Below, in pieces: positions 48,145 through 56,827 of a DNA stretch of 64,000 nt (position 1 is the first letter of the stretch; every line of letters begins with the position of its first letter). Position numbers and translations under genes: made by a program. The notes under the pieces are model-generated. The model was given only the letters and a program-made list of their open reading frames with translations, did no database searches and was not told the DNA's origin. Source of the stretch: a virus; IMG/VR virus record IMGVR_UViG_3300023179_000021, positions 32,001 to 96,000 of that record. One strand, given 5' to 3'.

Positions 48145-49323
48145 ATGACTTCCCGTGCTTCTAATCGCCAAAATTTCATCGATTCCTTAATTGCTCTTGG
48201 CAAACCTGTGGTTACCAAGGCTGAGATTAAGAAAGTTTGTGCTGAAATCGGCATTTCTAGTGCCGCTTGGTTTACTAAAGATGAAAACAACCGTGTTGGT
48301 CATGGTCTATATAAAGTACCGACCGCTTCAGATGTAGCATCTATACCTGCTATGGTAGCTCAAGTTTTGCCAATGACTAAACCTGTGGAAAAATCAGAAA
48401 ATCGTATTCAAAATGTTTCGACCGATCTGGAAGAAACTGACCTAGTTCCTAAAGTGTACAAAAATTATGTACCGTTTGGTAACTTTGATGATGTTCTGTC
48501 TATTGTACAAAGCAATCGATTCTTTCCTGTGTTCATTTCGGGCCACTCTGGCAACGGTAAGACCATGTCGGTCGAACAGGCTTGTGCTAAAGCCAAACGT
48601 AAGTTCATTTGTGTTTCAATGACACCTGAAACCGATGAAAGTGATTTGCTCGGTAACTATGTTCTTATTAACGGCAACATGGAATGGCGTGATGGTCCTG
48701 TGACCACTGCCGCTCGTCAAGGTGCTGTCCTTTGTATTGATGAAATTGACTATGGTGCTCAGAACCTATCGAGTCTTCAGCGTGTACTTGAAGGCAAACC
48801 TTTTATGCTGAAGAAAAAAGGTGAATTGATTGTGCCTGCTCCTGGTTTTACAATATTCGCAACCGCAAATACCAAAGGCAAAGGCTCTGATGATGGTCGT
48901 TACATGTTTACCAATGTTCTGAATGAAGCCTTTCTTGAGCGTTTTCGTAATACGCTTGAGCAAGAATGGCCTCCGACTACTGTAGAAAAAAAGATTGTCC
49001 GTAAGGAACTTGATTCAGTTGGTCGTTCTGATGATGATTTCGCAGATAAGTTGGTTACATGGGCGGATGTCATACGGAAGACGTTCACGGAAGGTGGTTG
49101 TGACGAAGTGATTTCTACACGCCGTTTGGTGCATATCGTTGAAACCTTTGGTATCTTCGGCGATAAAATGAAAGCCATTCGTATGTGTTTGAATCGCTTT
49201 GATGAGGACACTAAGGCTTCGTTTCTTGACCTGTATACTAAAGTTGATGCTGGTGCCACTGCTGAGCAGATTTTGACGCCAGAAACTCCGGCTAAACCAA
49301 TTGATGAAGAAATTCCGTTTTAA
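48145..49323 (+). CDS. CobS-like MoxR AAA+ ATPase
   Basis: GHSGNGKT, LCIDEID, ATANTKGKG, NEAFLERF, ISTRRL. Confidence 0.9.
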   Translation: MTSRASNRQNFIDSLIALGKPVVTKAEIKKVCAEIGISSAAWFTKDENNRVGHGLYKVPTASDVASIPAMVAQVLPMTKPVEKSENRIQNVSTDLEETDLVPKVYKNYVPFGNFDDVLSIVQSNRFFPVFISGHSGNGKTMSVEQACAKAKRKFICVSMTPETDESDLLGNYVLINGNMEWRDGPVTTAARQGAVLCIDEIDYGAQNLSSLQRVLEGKPFMLKKKGELIVPAPGFTIFATANTKGKGSDDGRYMFTNVLNEAFLERFRNTLEQEWPPTTVEKKIVRKELDSVGRSDDDFADKLVTWADVIRKTFTEGGCDEVISTRRLVHIVETFGIFGDKMKAIRMCLNRFDEDTKASFLDLYTKVDAGATAEQILTPETPAKPIDEEIPF

Positions 49324-49340
49324 TATTACCTGAATAATGC

Positions 49341-49369
49341 TTGACACAGGCTTCGGCCTGTGTTATATT
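49341..49369 (+). promoter_or_regulatory. sigma70 promoter overlapping a UUCG hairpin
   Basis: TTGACA-17 nt-TATATT; the spacer forms ACACAGGC-TTCG-GCCTGTGT. Confidence 0.65.
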
Positions 49370-49373
49370 ATCG

Positions 49374-49417
49374 TTACTGAGAGAACGGTCGCCTCTCGGT
49401 AATGTTTTAGTGCGACC
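49374..49417 (+). promoter_or_regulatory. H-type RNA pseudoknot in the 5' leader
   Basis: S1 TTACTGAGAG/CTCTCGGTAA; S2 GGTCGC/GCGACC. Confidence 0.65.
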
Positions 49418-49435
49418 AACATGGAGAAATTTGTA

Positions 49436-49708
49436 ATGTCCGCAAAAGAAAAAGTTTTAAATTATTTGTCAAAAATCGATGGGTATAATACATTGACCGC
49501 TAAAAAAATGCAAACGCTTTTTGGTGTCAAGAATCCATCAGCCACAATCAATGAACTTCGCAATGAAGGCCATGCTATTTACTTGAATAGCCGCAAAACT
49601 TCCAGTGGTGAGAAGGTATCTTTTTACCGTCTTGGTACACCAACGAAGCGTATGGTTGCTGCTGGTATTGCAGCTCTTCGCACACAAGGACGCCGTGCAT
49701 TTGCCTAA
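49436..49708 (+). CDS. winged helix-turn-helix protein
   Basis: KEKVLNYL, FGVKNPSATINELRNEG..IY, YRLG; GGAG RBS before ATG 49436. Confidence 0.7.
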   Translation: MSAKEKVLNYLSKIDGYNTLTAKKMQTLFGVKNPSATINELRNEGHAIYLNSRKTSSGEKVSFYRLGTPTKRMVAAGIAALRTQGRRAFA

Positions 49709-49730
49709 AAGATAGTCCACTTTGAGCGAC

Positions 49731-49764
49731 AGAGGGATATATACTTTATATCCCTCTTTATTTT
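49731..49764 (+). terminator. rho-independent terminator
   Basis: AGAGGGATATA-TACTT-TATATCCCTCT plus T-rich tail. Confidence 0.7.
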
Positions 49765-49775
49765 ATGGACAAATT

Positions 49776-50591
49776 ATGGAAATACAAGTAAAACTTGATG
49801 AATTGAGGAAACATAAAGTTTTTGTGGCAACACCAATGTATGGCGGTATGGCTCACGGACTTTATGTTAAATCCAGTCTTGACCTGCAAGCCATGTTAAC
49901 CAAGTATGGCGTTGAAACTAAATTTTCTTTTCTCTTTAACGAATCGCTAATTACAAGGGCTCGTAATTACCTTGTTGATGAATTTCTAAGAACAGATTAT
50001 ACACATTTACTTTTTATTGATTCTGATATTCACTATCATGCACAGGATGTCGTAGCACTTCTTGCACTTGATAAAGATGTAATTGGTGGGCCATATCCTA
50101 AGAAGGCCATCAATTGGCAGAATATTATTGATGCTGCAAGAAAACATCCCGACCTTGAAGCACATGAATTAGAAAAATTGGTTGGCCAGTATGTGTTCAA
50201 TGTGGTCAAAGGTACAAAACAATTTTCTGTAACTGAACCACTAGAAGTGATGGAAATTGGCACAGGCTACATGTTAATTAAACGACATGTATTTGATAAA
50301 ATGAGAGATGCTTTTCCAATGATTCATTACAAACCAGATCATGTTGGTCAAGCGAACTTTGATGGTTCTAGATACATTCATGCATATTTCGATACAGTGA
50401 TTGACGCCAAGGGTTCCATTACAGACGGTGGGACAGATCGTTACCTAAGTGAAGATTACATGTTCTGCCAAATGTGGCGTAAGATCGGCGGTCAAATTTT
50501 CTTATGCCCTTGGATGAAAACGCAACATGTCGGAAGTTATGCATTTACTGGAGATATGCCGGCGGTGGCCAATTATGCAGGAAAGTTATGA
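49776..50591 (+). CDS. GT-A fold glycosyltransferase-like protein
   Basis: VATPMYGG, ESLITRARN, LLFIDSDI, GTGYMLIKR, YLSEDYMFC. Confidence 0.75.
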   Translation: MEIQVKLDELRKHKVFVATPMYGGMAHGLYVKSSLDLQAMLTKYGVETKFSFLFNESLITRARNYLVDEFLRTDYTHLLFIDSDIHYHAQDVVALLALDKDVIGGPYPKKAINWQNIIDAARKHPDLEAHELEKLVGQYVFNVVKGTKQFSVTEPLEVMEIGTGYMLIKRHVFDKMRDAFPMIHYKPDHVGQANFDGSRYIHAYFDTVIDAKGSITDGGTDRYLSEDYMFCQMWRKIGGQIFLCPWMKTQHVGSYAFTGDMPAVANYAGKL

Positions 50592-50651
50592 AAAACATAA
50601 CATATAAGTACAGGGCTTTATATAATCATGATATGAAAAAAGGTGATCGTA

Positions 50652-51338
50652 ATGAAACTTTCAAATGAAACAATTGGTGTTCTAAAAAACTTTGGCAGTA
50701 TTAATTCTGGTATTTTTTTGAAGAAAGGCAAAACAATTAAAACCGTTTCTTCACATAAAAATATTTTGGCACAAGCTACAATTCCTGATGAAATTCCTGC
50801 CGACTTTGGTATCTACGACTTAAATGAATTTCTTTCTGTGGTTTCTCTGCATAAAGATGATTTGAATCTTGAGTTTGATTCTAAGAATGTTGTAATCTCT
50901 GGCCTTAAAGGCCGTAGTAAAATTAAGTATCGTTCTTGTGATGCTACAATGCTTGTTGTACCTCCAGAAAAAACACTTCAGATTGCTAATCCAGAAATTC
51001 AATTTGATTTAAGTGCTGAAGACTTTAGATGGATTCTTGACGCTGCAAATGTTCTTGGCAGCCCACAAATTTCTGTTGAATCTGATGGTATAAAAGTCAC
51101 ACTGAATACATTAGATGTAACAAATGATTCAGCTCATACCGAATCGCTTGAATTAGAAGTTGAAGGCTCTGGTAACAAATACAAGATGGTTTTTAAAACT
51201 GAAAATTTTTCTAAAGTATTACTTGGTCCATATGAGGTGAAAATTTCTTCAAAAGGCGTTTCTCATTTTAAGAACAAAAAAACATCTATTGAATATTGGA
51301 TTACCACAGAAATTGGCTCAACATTTCAAAAGGCTTAA
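50652..51338 (+). CDS. gp45: sliding clamp gp45
   Basis: MKLS.ET..VLKNF.SIN, FGIYDLNEFL. Confidence 0.93.
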   Translation: MKLSNETIGVLKNFGSINSGIFLKKGKTIKTVSSHKNILAQATIPDEIPADFGIYDLNEFLSVVSLHKDDLNLEFDSKNVVISGLKGRSKIKYRSCDATMLVVPPEKTLQIANPEIQFDLSAEDFRWILDAANVLGSPQISVESDGIKVTLNTLDVTNDSAHTESLELEVEGSGNKYKMVFKTENFSKVLLGPYEVKISSKGVSHFKNKKTSIEYWITTEIGSTFQKA

Positions 51339-51340
51339 TT

Positions 51341-51523
51341 ATGATTTTATTTACTGATGCTGAAACTGGAAATGAAGTTTATATAAATCCAGATTGTGTA
51401 AAGATGGTTAGAGATTTTAGAAACTTAACAAAAATCATGTTTTTGGATGATGCGTATGTTATCGTCACTGACACTCTTAAAGTTACAATTGAAAAAATGG
51501 TTAAAAAACCAGTTAAATCTTGA
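51341..51523 (+). CDS. small protein resembling the FlbD/SwrD family
   Basis: MILFT...G.EVYINPD.V..V...T.I...YVIV.DT...IEK. Confidence 0.5.
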   Translation: MILFTDAETGNEVYINPDCVKMVRDFRNLTKIMFLDDAYVIVTDTLKVTIEKMVKKPVKS

Positions 51524-51549
51524 GATGTTTATTGTGAGGAATTTTTATT

Positions 51550-52482
51550 ATGAGTCAACTTCTTTGGGTGGAAACACACAGGCCCCAAACAATTCGGGAC
51601 TGTATCCTACCAGAGCGTCTGAAAAAACCATTTCAGGAATATGTCAATCAAAAAAGTATTCCAAATCTTCTTCTTGCTGGTGGTCCTGGAGTAGGCAAGA
51701 CCACAGTGGCCAAGGCCATGTGCAACGAAGTGGGATGCGATTATCTGGTAATCAATGGTTCTGACGAATCTGGTATTGATACTTTCCGTGTAAAAATCAA
51801 AAATTATGCTTCGTCAATGTCTTTGGCTGGTGGCCGTAAAGTCATCATCATTGATGAAGCCGACTATTTAAACCCAAACTCCACACAACCCGCCTTAAGG
51901 AACGCAATTGAAGAATTTGCTTCAAACTGCTCTTTCATATTTACTTGTAACTATAAGAATCGTATCATTGAGCCTTTACATTCTCGGTGTGCGGTTGTCG
52001 ATTTCACTCTTAAAAACGGTGATAAGGCTAAAATGGCCAAAGAATTCTTCATACGAATCAAAGAAATTTTACGAAGTGAATCGGTCGACTTTGAGGACAA
52101 AGTAGTTGCTGAATTAATTAAGAAACATTTTCCAGATTTTCGTCGTGTAATTAACGAACTGCAGCGTTATTCGCAGTTTGGTAAAATCGATTCTGGTGTT
52201 CTTGCTCAAATTGCTAATGTTTCTATTTCTGAAATAGTAAAGCATATGAAAGAGAAAGATTTTGGCTCTCTTCGTAAGTGGGTGGCCTCAGGAGATTATG
52301 ATGCAAATGTGGTGTTTCGGCAGATTTATGACGCACTATATGACGTATTAAAACCACAATCAATTCCACAGGCCGTATTGATTCTTGCTGACTATCAATA
52401 CAAACAGGCCTTTGTTGCTGATGGTGAAATTAATCTTGTTGCTTGTCTTGTTGAATTGATGGGGAATTGTGAGTTTGTATGA
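51550..52482 (+). CDS. gp44: clamp loader large subunit gp44
   Basis: LWVE..RP, GGPGVGKTT, IIIDEAD, LHSRC, FPDFRR. Confidence 0.95.
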   Translation: MSQLLWVETHRPQTIRDCILPERLKKPFQEYVNQKSIPNLLLAGGPGVGKTTVAKAMCNEVGCDYLVINGSDESGIDTFRVKIKNYASSMSLAGGRKVIIIDEADYLNPNSTQPALRNAIEEFASNCSFIFTCNYKNRIIEPLHSRCAVVDFTLKNGDKAKMAKEFFIRIKEILRSESVDFEDKVVAELIKKHFPDFRRVINELQRYSQFGKIDSGVLAQIANVSISEIVKHMKEKDFGSLRKWVASGDYDANVVFRQIYDALYDVLKPQSIPQAVLILADYQYKQAFVADGEINLVACLVELMGNCEFV

Positions 52483-53048
52483 AATTAGATTTTTGTGCTA
52501 TTTGTGGTACTAAAGAAGGTTTACACCAACATCATATTCATCCTGTTGTATACTCTACGGCAAAAAGAAACAGTAAGAAATATGACTCAAATAAGAAATT
52601 AAAAGAATGTGATATTTTTGAGATATGGGCTTATCTTTTAGATCAAGGTTATATATCAGATGATGCGACGGTTACGGTTTGTGAATTTCATCACAATATG
52701 TTGCACGGTATAGTTAAATTCACAAAAGCAAAACAATCCGATATGATTAAAGCAGGTATAGAAAAATCTAGACAAAAAGGCATCAAGCTTGGAAGACCTA
52801 GTAAATTGAATGATGAAATGATATACAATGTGCATCAAATGCGAAAAAATGGATTTTCAATTAGAGATGCGGCGAGAGAACTTAAAATTGGTATAGGCAC
52901 AATTTATTCAGCTTTAAACTTGGAACCAAAAGATTTATCGAACGAAGAGTGTGATGAAATTCTGAATTTGATTGAAAATGATGAACTTGATTCACATTTA
53001 ACTGTTGAATTGGAATCAACTTCTTATTGGGAAAATCTTCGTGAATGA
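52479..53048 (+). CDS. HNH endonuclease-like protein with a resolvase-type HTH C-terminus
   Basis: CAICG...LHQHHI, TVCEFHHNMLHG; KGIKLGRP...SIRDAARELKIGIGTIY. Confidence 0.7.
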   Translation: MKLDFCAICGTKEGLHQHHIHPVVYSTAKRNSKKYDSNKKLKECDIFEIWAYLLDQGYISDDATVTVCEFHHNMLHGIVKFTKAKQSDMIKAGIEKSRQKGIKLGRPSKLNDEMIYNVHQMRKNGFSIRDAARELKIGIGTIYSALNLEPKDLSNEECDEILNLIENDELDSHLTVELESTSYWENLRE

Positions 53049-54192
53049 TTTATTTAATCTTCTTAGACTAAAACGTTCTAATTCATTTAAAAAAAGTACC
53101 AAATATCATGTAGCTCGTAGCCGAAATAAAAGAAAAATACGAAAAATTGACGATAGGAAATATGAAATGGGTGCATCAATGGAAGATAAATCACAAACAG
53201 AGTATTTTTTAAGTGCATCATCTTTGAATGACCATGTGATTTCTAAATGTTTATCAAAGCGTGTTGAATTAAGATTTACAACAATTTGTCTTAAAGAAAG
53301 TTTGGTTTGTAATCCTAAGGAATGGCATGAATATGTCCGTTATAAATTAGATGATGAATTCAATCAATTGGTTGAATTTGGCCATCAAACTGGTATGATT
53401 ATCAATAATGAAACAAATGATTTCGTTGATTACACTGTCAATTCCAATCTTGTTGAAGTCAAAATTTATGGCTCTAAACAATTTACCGAAAAAATGTATG
53501 GCCAATTGACCGAGGATTTTGAAATTGCTGCATGTTATATTGAATGGGTTTATGGTTCAGATGGTGAATCCGTAAATATTCCATTATCATCAGAAAAGCT
53601 TCCAATTTCTGAGATGTACCCTTTTCTTGGGAGTGAATCAATCGAAGAATACTATAATCGTTTTTTAGAATCATCAGCATCGATTCTTCTTTTGATTGGT
53701 CCACCAGGCACAGGTAAAACCACATTCATTCGTGGTTTGCTTTATCATTCTGCTATGAACGCCATTGTTACCTATGACGATAAGATCCTAGAGCGTGATT
53801 ATATCTTTGCTCGTTTTATTGAGGATGATGTTGGCGTAATGGTCATTGAAGATGCTGATAGTTTCCTCAAACCAAGGGCCGATGGCAATACAATGATGCA
53901 TCGCTTTCTAAATGTGGGCGATGGCCTTATTTCAATGAAACGTAAGAAACTCATCTTTTCAACCAATCTGCCATCGGTTAATGATGTTGATGATGCTCTA
54001 ATTCGTCCCGGTCGTTGCTTTGATATTTTAAATTTTGAGAATTATAACGAAGAACAAGCTAAGATTGTCAGTGGAAAACTTGGTATACCTTTTAATTCTA
54101 AATCACCTTCTGAGACTTATTCTTTGGCTGAAATCTTTCATACACAAAAGAATTCAAACTCAAAACAGAAAAGAAAGATGGGATTTGTATGA
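53041..54192 (+). CDS. AAA+ ATPase
   Basis: GPPGTGKT, VIEDAD, FSTN, DALIRPGRCFD; start uncertain. Confidence 0.85.
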   Translation: MNDLFNLLRLKRSNSFKKSTKYHVARSRNKRKIRKIDDRKYEMGASMEDKSQTEYFLSASSLNDHVISKCLSKRVELRFTTICLKESLVCNPKEWHEYVRYKLDDEFNQLVEFGHQTGMIINNETNDFVDYTVNSNLVEVKIYGSKQFTEKMYGQLTEDFEIAACYIEWVYGSDGESVNIPLSSEKLPISEMYPFLGSESIEEYYNRFLESSASILLLIGPPGTGKTTFIRGLLYHSAMNAIVTYDDKILERDYIFARFIEDDVGVMVIEDADSFLKPRADGNTMMHRFLNVGDGLISMKRKKLIFSTNLPSVNDVDDALIRPGRCFDILNFENYNEEQAKIVSGKLGIPFNSKSPSETYSLAEIFHTQKNSNSKQKRKMGFV

Positions 54193-54575
54193 GTAACCCT
54201 TTTGACTATGTAAATCAGATTCTCTATGGTAAAAAGGATTTGATTGTTGATGCTCAAACTGAAAAAGAATACAACCCCTTCATCGTAAACAGGTCACTTT
54301 CTTATCATTTCGATTGTGTTTTGTTTACTAATGAGATGAATCGAAGGCATTTTGTCGATAAAAAGTTACAAAATTCATTCCTAATAAATACAATCAGGTC
54401 TCGTAAAAGGCCTTTTGCTAAGTGGGTTAAATCTGAAAAGAGTGAAGATTTGGAATGTATCAAAAAATATTTTAACTATTCCAACATTAGAGCTCTTGAA
54501 GTTTTGCCTCTACTCAGTGAAAAACAAATCCAAGAATTAAAAGAAAAAACCGAAATAGGTGGATTAAGGAAATGA
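54189..54575 (+). CDS. gp62: clamp loader small subunit gp62
   Basis: PFDYVN.I, YNPFIVNRSLS, KRPFAKW. Confidence 0.9.
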   Translation: MSNPFDYVNQILYGKKDLIVDAQTEKEYNPFIVNRSLSYHFDCVLFTNEMNRRHFVDKKLQNSFLINTIRSRKRPFAKWVKSEKSEDLECIKKYFNYSNIRALEVLPLLSEKQIQELKEKTEIGGLRK

Positions 54576-54576
54576 T

Positions 54577-54993
54577 ATGTCTGATATATTTAAAGGAGTT
54601 GGAGTTGAAATAACACTTGAAAATGAGGATGCATTTTTAAAAGTAAGAGAAACACTGACAAGAATTGGTGTTTCGTCTCGTAAAGAAAAAGTGTTATACC
54701 AATCTTGCCACATACTTCATAAACAAGGCCGTTATGTAATTTTACATTTTAAAGAATTATTTTCTTTAGATGGAAAACCATCTACAATTACAGACAATGA
54801 TATACAACGAAGAAATGCTATTACTAATTTGCTTGAAGAATGGGGATTATTGAAAATACTTAAAGATGAAAAGGAGAAAATTGAAGGAAATTTGGCACCT
54901 CTACATCAAATTAAAATCATTTCATATAAAGAAAAAGATGATTGGGAACTTGTAAGTAAATATACAATAGGAAAAAAGAAAGTTGAGTATTGA
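54577..54993 (+). CDS. regA: translational repressor RegA
   Basis: FLKVRETLTRIG, LYQSCHILHKQGRY.I.HFKELF.LDG. Confidence 0.95.
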   Translation: MSDIFKGVGVEITLENEDAFLKVRETLTRIGVSSRKEKVLYQSCHILHKQGRYVILHFKELFSLDGKPSTITDNDIQRRNAITNLLEEWGLLKILKDEKEKIEGNLAPLHQIKIISYKEKDDWELVSKYTIGKKKVEY

Positions 54994-54995
54994 AA

Positions 54996-55175
54996 ATGAA
55001 ACCCGTAATTGTGAAATTAAAAAATTTATATACAAATGAAATTATATACACTGAAAATTATGATGATTACCAAGAAAAAGATGGTCTAGAATTCATCAAA
55101 GTTTTTAAGGAAGAAAACCCAAAAAGAAAGTATTTGGTCAACAGAAATGCTTATCAAATACTAAATAAAGAATAG
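54996..55175 (+). CDS. hypothetical protein
   Basis: About 59-aa ORF after regA. Confidence 0.5.
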   Translation: MKPVIVKLKNLYTNEIIYTENYDDYQEKDGLEFIKVFKEENPKRKYLVNRNAYQILNKE

Positions 55176-55227
55176 CCAATGCCTAATGGGTTGGCTATTT
55201 TAAACTTGCTTATTTAAGGAGAAAACT
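55171..55227 (+). promoter_or_regulatory. ROSE-like RNA thermometer 5' UTR
   Basis: 5' hairpin plus CTTGCTT pairing with the SD AAGGAG, with a bulged G. Confidence 0.55.
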
Positions 55228-55701
55228 ATGACTTATGTATTACGTCCGCTTCACTACACAACCCTTGGTTTTGAACGCTTTTTTAATGATGTTGAGCGAT
55301 TGCTTAAAGATGACCCTCAAGCCAAGGCTTCCAACTTTCCACCACATAATATTCTTCGTCTAGATGACAATCGTTATATCATCGAAATGGCTGTCGCTGG
55401 TTTTGCCAAAGACGAAATTGATATTACAATTGAAGATGGCAGCTTGACCGTAAAAGGTGAAAAAAAAGAACAGGTAAATAATTCTCAATATGTACATCGT
55501 GGTATTGGCACACGTTCTTTTACCAAAACTTTTACTGTTGCTGATACAATTGAAGTTTGTGGTGCCGAATTTAAAGATGGCATTCTTCGTATTGGTCTAG
55601 AAAATATTATTCCAGATCACAAGAAACCGCGCAAAGTTGAAATTGGTAATAATCTTGAGGCATTCAAGCCACAACTTTTACAAGAGACCAAAACGGCATA
55701 A
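55228..55701 (+). CDS. small heat shock protein (Hsp20/IbpA-like)
   Basis: NFPPHNI, IEMAVAGF, YVHRGI..RSF, DGILRI.LE. Confidence 0.93.
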   Translation: MTYVLRPLHYTTLGFERFFNDVERLLKDDPQAKASNFPPHNILRLDDNRYIIEMAVAGFAKDEIDITIEDGSLTVKGEKKEQVNNSQYVHRGIGTRSFTKTFTVADTIEVCGAEFKDGILRIGLENIIPDHKKPRKVEIGNNLEAFKPQLLQETKTA

Positions 55702-55707
55702 GTGGGT

Positions 55708-55744
55708 GGGAGGGCTTGACCCTCCCTTGTTTTTATTATAGAAT
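55708..55744 (+). terminator. terminator hairpin overlapping a sigma70 promoter
   Basis: GGGAGGG-CTTGA-CCCTCCC plus T-tract; TTGACC-17 nt-TAGAAT. Confidence 0.7.
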
Positions 55745-55752
55745 AGATTCTT

Positions 55753-56205
55753 ATGAAAACTATTTCAATTGTCAGTGATGATAGAAAATGTGGTGATTGT
55801 ACACTTTGTTGTGAAGGATGGATAACAAATGTTGCACATGGCTATGAAATGTGGCCAGGTAATAAGTGCCAATTCGTTTCTTGTGGAAATGGTTGTACAA
55901 TTTATAATGATCGGCCCAAAAGTTGTGAAGAATTTTCTTGCCAATGGTTAATTGACAAACGTGTGCCAGAGTGGATGAAACCCAATACATGCGGTGCTAT
56001 TTTAAAAGAATGGGAAATAAATGGTATTAAATTTTTAGAAATTTTTGAAGCAGGCCGAAAACTAGATTCTGAAGTTTTAACATGGGCTTTTAATGCTCTA
56101 GTAAGCAAAAAATTTGAAAATATAAAATACCAAGTTTCTTCAGGTTGGAATTATTTCGGTACCAAAGAATTTTTTGATGTAATCAGAAAAAAATATCAAA
56201 AATGA
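55753..56205 (+). CDS. CxxCxxCC cysteine-cluster protein, paralogue of 11664..12179
   Basis: CGDCTLCC, CTIYNDRP..C..F.C.W, PEWMKP, DSEVL.W, WNYFG. Confidence 0.7.
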   Translation: MKTISIVSDDRKCGDCTLCCEGWITNVAHGYEMWPGNKCQFVSCGNGCTIYNDRPKSCEEFSCQWLIDKRVPEWMKPNTCGAILKEWEINGIKFLEIFEAGRKLDSEVLTWAFNALVSKKFENIKYQVSSGWNYFGTKEFFDVIRKKYQK

Positions 56206-56633
56206 AACAAAAATTTATCGAACCCTATATGAAGGTAGCTGAAACTTTTGCTGAGTTATCTTCAGCACGCCGTCTTCATGTCGGTGCTATTGTTGTAAAA
56301 GATGATAGAATCATTTCAATTGGTTATAATGGTATGCCGACTGGATGGACAAATGAGTGTGAAGATGAAAAATATGAAGAAGATGGATTTCATATCACAA
56401 CGATAACAAAGCCAGAGGTATTGCACGCTGAAACAAACGCAATCGCTAAGTTAGCTAAATCCACAGAATCTGGTGATGGCGCTATAATGTTTATTACTCA
56501 CGCACCATGCCTTGAATGTGCAAAGTTAATTTATCAAAGTGGCATCAAGTCTGTTTTTTATCGTAACACCTATCGCAGCACCGATGGTGTTGATTTTCTA
56601 ACTAAATGTGGCATCGAGGTAAAAAATGTCTGA
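56202..56633 (+). CDS. dCMP deaminase
   Basis: VGAIVV, GYNG, HAETNAI, PCLEC. Confidence 0.92.
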   Translation: MKQKFIEPYMKVAETFAELSSARRLHVGAIVVKDDRIISIGYNGMPTGWTNECEDEKYEEDGFHITTITKPEVLHAETNAIAKLAKSTESGDGAIMFITHAPCLECAKLIYQSGIKSVFYRNTYRSTDGVDFLTKCGIEVKNV

Positions 56634-56796
56634 TAAAGTATACACTAGCGAAGTTCTAGAGATTTTAGAAAACGGTGATGCAATGATTGAAATACCAATT
56701 GAACTTATGAAAGAAATGGAATGGAAAGAAGGCGATGTTCTGGATTGTTCTTTAGAAGAAGACACAATTATTTTGCGTAAACTTGACAATTATTGA
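56626..56796 (+). CDS. AbrB/MazE-type DNA-binding protein, not in the ORF track
   Basis: 56 aa: NGDAMIEIPIELMKEMEWKEGDVL...IILRK. Confidence 0.65.
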   Translation: MSDKVYTSEVLEILENGDAMIEIPIELMKEMEWKEGDVLDCSLEEDTIILRKLDNY

Positions 56797-56810
56797 TTTA
56801 CATTTAAAAT
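56783..56810 (+). promoter_or_regulatory. sigma70-type promoter
   Basis: TTGACA-16 nt-TAAAAT. Confidence 0.55.
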
Positions 56811-56827
56811 AAGAAAAGGAAATCATT

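Noticed and set aside
48145-49323. Cobalamin biosynthesis (cobS/cobT)
   Set aside because: No cobN or other cob genes; better explained as a generic MoxR-VWA pair.
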